Under the pieces are notes generated by a model. It was not told the DNA's origin and did no database searches. It saw nothing but the letters and a program-made list of their open reading frames with translations. Below, piece after piece: positions 60,266-64,000 of a DNA stretch of 64,000 nt. Source of the stretch: Toensbergia leucococca (Eukaryota); contig JALDZS010000001.1 in NCBI GenBank assembly GCA_022813965.1, forward strand, positions 1 through 64,000. Direction: 5' to 3'. The position numbers and the translations under genes were made by a program. Each line of letters begins with the position of its first letter. Within the stretch, counting starts at the first letter, position 1.

Positions 60266-62008
60266 CTAGAGATACTTTTTGGGAGCGTTGGCGCGACGGC
60301 GCTTATAGATTACGTAGGAGGCCGCTAGTAGACATTGGAAGACGATGACGATGAATAGGAAGAAGCCCATTCGTGGGGATCGGGTGGAGATTACTAGGTT
60401 AAGAGGAATATTAGTCAGGACTTGGTGGGTTGTGCAGTACGTTTCTCTCTGTTTTCATTATGAGAGATGTAGGGAAAGGATTATGTGGTAGTCAGTGCAG
60501 GTTGAAGCAATAAGGAAGGATAATTCTAGTCAGGTGATCTGATCGAGGGTACGAGTAATGCGACGAGGGAATACCTACTTGTGCCCATGCTTTCGGGAAT
60601 ATTTTCAAGGAGACTACTATGAGAGTGTTCGAGTGCTCTTTGCAATTTAGCAAATTGTGTCCCATAATCTCGAGCGTCACTCTCTTTGCGGAATGCAGTC
60701 AAGATTTGCTCAACAGATTGCAGTCGCTGGTCCATGGTTTTTAATTGACTAGCTGGGATCTGCGCGCGTTGGATGTCTTGGTGTTGCTGTGAGGTGGTGC
60801 CGGCGAGGTTGGAGAGTTCACGAGTTAAGGTGTCGAGTGTTTGTGAGATGGTGAGGAGGCGGTTTTGGAGGTCTAATGATTGGGGCCCTTGCTGGGCTTG
60901 AGAGGGAGGGGGTGGAGGAGGTTGGGATTGCTGGTCAGAGTCGTGGGGAGGTTGTTGGCTGCGCTGCGGCTCTTCGCGTGGAGAGGAGGGGCTGTTTGTT
61001 AGGAGGAATTTAAAGGCCTCGAAGGAGTCGGGGGTTTCTGCCGAGGCGGCGGAGACGCCAAAGTAGTAGTCTGTGGGCAGTGTGATCTATCATCTCATGG
61101 TCAATTATCTTATTTGATAAACGCACAACTTGCAGCCTCAAAGAATTGGACAAACAAGGAGGTAGAGATGAAAAGCGGACCTTGTTACTCCGAAAGCAAG
61201 GTTTTTGATCTACCCGGACTTCGAAAGAATTTCCTTGCTGGGTGATCTGAATATGAGAGGGCCGACCAAGATTGCGGTAAGCGTAATTGCAATGGCCAAA
61301 TGCTAACGAGTCCACCGCGTGATGGGTTTTGTAATCGGTGTTTCCATCGTTCAGGAAACCTCTGATGCTTCCACCCTGTTTAACGATACATCAGCATTTC
61401 CTTCTGCTGAATTGGCTACTGTTCAAGCATACCCTTCCGCCGTACGTATCTATCACTAGGGCTAAACCATCAAACTTCCCGACAGTGTATATACTCGAGG
61501 TGCCGATGTACGCCTGGCCTTCTTTTGTGTACCAAATCTGCAGATTACCACCTCCACGTTCGGGTCCGGTAGCTCGGAAGTCGAAGTCTGCAGTCCATTC
61601 TGGCTGGGAAACTCTGTTGTAGATGTCAGAATGACACTGCTATTCCTGTCCTCTCTTGGGCGGGTATGCGGACTTTGTGTCTGCCCAGATTGCTCCTCTC
61701 TTGTTGCCTGGATACGGTGGTGTCAAAATAACTTTATCTGATAACTATTGCAGTCAGATTTTATTTCAGTCTTTCGTAAAGGCGTTTTCGCTAGTCATAC
61801 CACTTGTGGAAGCTCGCCCTCTCCGGAAATGTGCCAGCCGGGCACGGAGAACTTGTTTGGAGATATACTGGGATTATTCATCAGCACAAGCCACTGCTTT
61901 ATTCTATGATCTGGATCACCTTTGGCCATGCCCGAAGCTTGAGCTCTCTATTAAGTCCTGCGCTTGTGCTACAGCTGCCGCCAACGCGAGATGTATGAAT
62001 ACTCGCAT
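60266..62008 (-). CDS. L-type lectin cargo receptor, Emp46/Emp47/ERGIC-53-like; multi-exon
   Basis: Signal peptide MRVFIHLALAAAVAQA, then VILTPPYPGNKRGAIWA, GGGNLQIWYT, LAFGHCNYAYRN, YFGVSAASAETPDSFE, a coiled-coil stalk, a TM segment and a KKYL di-lysine C-terminus. Confidence 0.9.
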
Positions 62009-62168
62009 TTTCTGTCCTCCAATGACCCTTCCCCTGTTACGGAAAGAAAGCAGCCGCCACAGAGCAGTAATGAGGGGAGGAATGGTGGGATTTGTAGGCG
62101 TATCAACGCAATACAGGATATGATGAAGCTTATGTGAGTATGACAGGTCAAGGCACGTGTCAGGATGA

Positions 62169-62363
62169 TTAATGAGAGGGCTTTCTGTTGTCCAGGAGGC
62201 TCTTTACAATGCTCGCTGCAGTCCAGCCCAAAACAATGGCAATTACACAGTAACGCACTTCTTTAGCAATTGATACAGTAGAGGGAGAAATATCAACAGA
62301 ATGTCTAATGTTCAACGTCGTAAAAGCAACTGAGTGTCGCAGTGCAACATCGGAAAGGTCCAT
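62169..62363 (-). CDS. Candidate 64-aa single-pass membrane microprotein (or uORF of the lectin gene)
   Basis: ATG in good context (CCAACATGG); contains EVRYCVIAIVLGWTAASIVKSLL. Confidence 0.4.
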   Translation of the reverse strand: MDLSDVALRHSVAFTTLNIRHSVDISPSTVSIAKEVRYCVIAIVLGWTAASIVKSLLDNRKPSH

Positions 62364-62598
62364 GTTGGCCAAATTACCAGCTTCCCATTGGCGATATCTT
62401 ACCTGTTACGTATGATACCCGCTAGCCGTCCAACGAAGATACAGGGGTAAGCTCTGACATCACGTGTGTTTCATGCTTTAAGGTTATTCTATCCGTAGCA
62501 TCTTGGCATCTTGGCACTACTGCACTCGACTGGAACATCAAGCGACTTCTAGCTAGGATATTTGCATGCTTCTGCCTTTCCATTTTGCCAATGTCTCC

Positions 62599-64000
62599 AT
62601 GGCTGAATTCCACCCTTCGATAGCACAGTGTGCTATCGTCGCCACCGCATTCAAAATTTTACTTTTTCCCGCATAGTACGTCATCAACTCTTCAGAATCT
62701 CGAAAGCGCCGCGCTCACATCACTGTGGCAGCAAGTCTACTGATTTTGAGGTCCATCGCAATTGGCTGGCAATTACCTATTCCGTGCCAGTCAGCAATTG
62801 GTACTTTGAGGTACTTCACCAGTCTCCATAGACTCTTCTCACCATCATAAATTGACTTTCTTTGGACAGAAAACATCAGAATGGACTCTCGATTATCCAC
62901 CTTTTTTTGCCTACTTCGAATGCCTACTTTCCCAGATCGCCCAGTACGTCGACTTAGCCATGCTGGAGGTGAAAAATCTTGGCTATGAAAGCTGGCAGAC
63001 AGTCTACTTTCAGCGCGCAACAGTCATTGTCACCGAATTGGTACTGGTGTATGCCCTCAATGAGTGCGCCTGATCCAATGCCATTAATCGAATCGTGAAA
63101 CTAAGGTCGAAGGTCAGATATGTTCAAACATCTCTGTCACCGTCGAGAAAGACATCGCACGCGGCAGCTTTATCAATACTTCTGTCTCCAGGGCTTTTGA
63201 TCATCGACCACATCCACTTCCAGTACAACGGCTTCCTCTACGGTATCTTGATCTTGTCCTTGGTATTAGCCCGCAAACAGTCAACAATACTTCTCAGTGG
63301 TTTTCTCTTTACCGGCCTGCTCTGTCTCAAGCACATATATTTATATCTTGCACCGGCCTACTTCGTCTACTTGCTTCGAGCATACTGCCTCGGTCGCAAA
63401 TCCCTGTTGCAAGTCAACTTTGGTAATTGTGCAAAGCTGGCAGCTGGTCTCGCGATTATCTTTGGGATTTCGTTCGGTCCTTTTGTGTGTTGGGGTCAGC
63501 TTGACCAGCTGCTGGGTAGACTCTTTCCATTCTCACGGGGCCTTTGCCACGCATATTGGGCTCCAAATGTATGGGCGATGTATTCGTTCTCTGATCGGAT
63601 GCTCATATATGGTAAGTCTGCAAGCTACATGCGCATACCATTGCTGACGTCTTCAGTGGCGCCAATGCTGGGACTGAAAGTCAACCAAGACGCTGTCAAT
63701 AGCGTCACACGAGGCCTTGTAGGAGACACTTCGTTTGCTGTCCTACCAGGCGTATCGCCAAGAACGACATTCGTCTTGACGCTGTCATTTCAAATAGTAA
63801 GACAGTTCTGTTCCAACATTCGGGTCCTTGACTGATGAATCGTAGATCAGTCTGAGTAAGCTGTGGTTACGACCTACATGGGAGACTTTCGTTGGTGCCA
63901 TCACCTTGTGCGGCTATGCTTCTTTTCTGTTTGGTTGGCATGTTCATGAAAAGGCCATCCTGTTGGTAATCATACCATTCAGTCTACAGGCATTGAGAGA
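62599..64000 (+). CDS. ALG8: Dolichyl-P-Glc alpha-1,3-glucosyltransferase; runs off the right edge
   Basis: [68 protein letters not shown] and [11 protein letters not shown]. Confidence 0.95.

Overview
A gene-dense, intron-containing window from a filamentous ascomycete (Pezizomycotina). A lichen-forming fungus is my impression only and cannot be shown here. It opens with a mutated Fot1/pogo DNA transposon interrupted by an LTR, then carries about 24 mostly housekeeping genes: MAPEG, two tandem SprT-like proteases, two L-type lectins, NUC1, DUF1275, oxaloacetate acetylhydrolase, SND2/TMEM208, CBR1, a siderophore transporter, CDC42, agmatinase, a DHA1 MFS transporter, a divergent 6PGD-like enzyme, PDS5, an RCO1-like PHD protein, Cdb4/PA2G4, an EEP protein, D-amino acid oxidase, CEG1, SNF5, an orphan repeat protein and a partial ALG8. 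A foldback/MITE-like element lies at 28.9-29.3 kb. Best leads: (1) the last CDC42 exon region encodes two CaaX termini in different frames (CVIL and CCVIL, synonymous at every shared codon); (2) a divergent OAH/DUF1275 pair with eight PacC-type GCCAAG sites between them, a candidate pH-regulated oxalate make-and-export module; (3) recurrent sharp C/A-rich to G/T-rich skew switches inside genes; (4) repeat hypermutation in CpC/CpG rather than the classical RIP CpA context; (5) a 6PGD-like enzyme with altered cofactor- and phosphate-binding motifs. All gene models and family calls were made by eye, without database searches.
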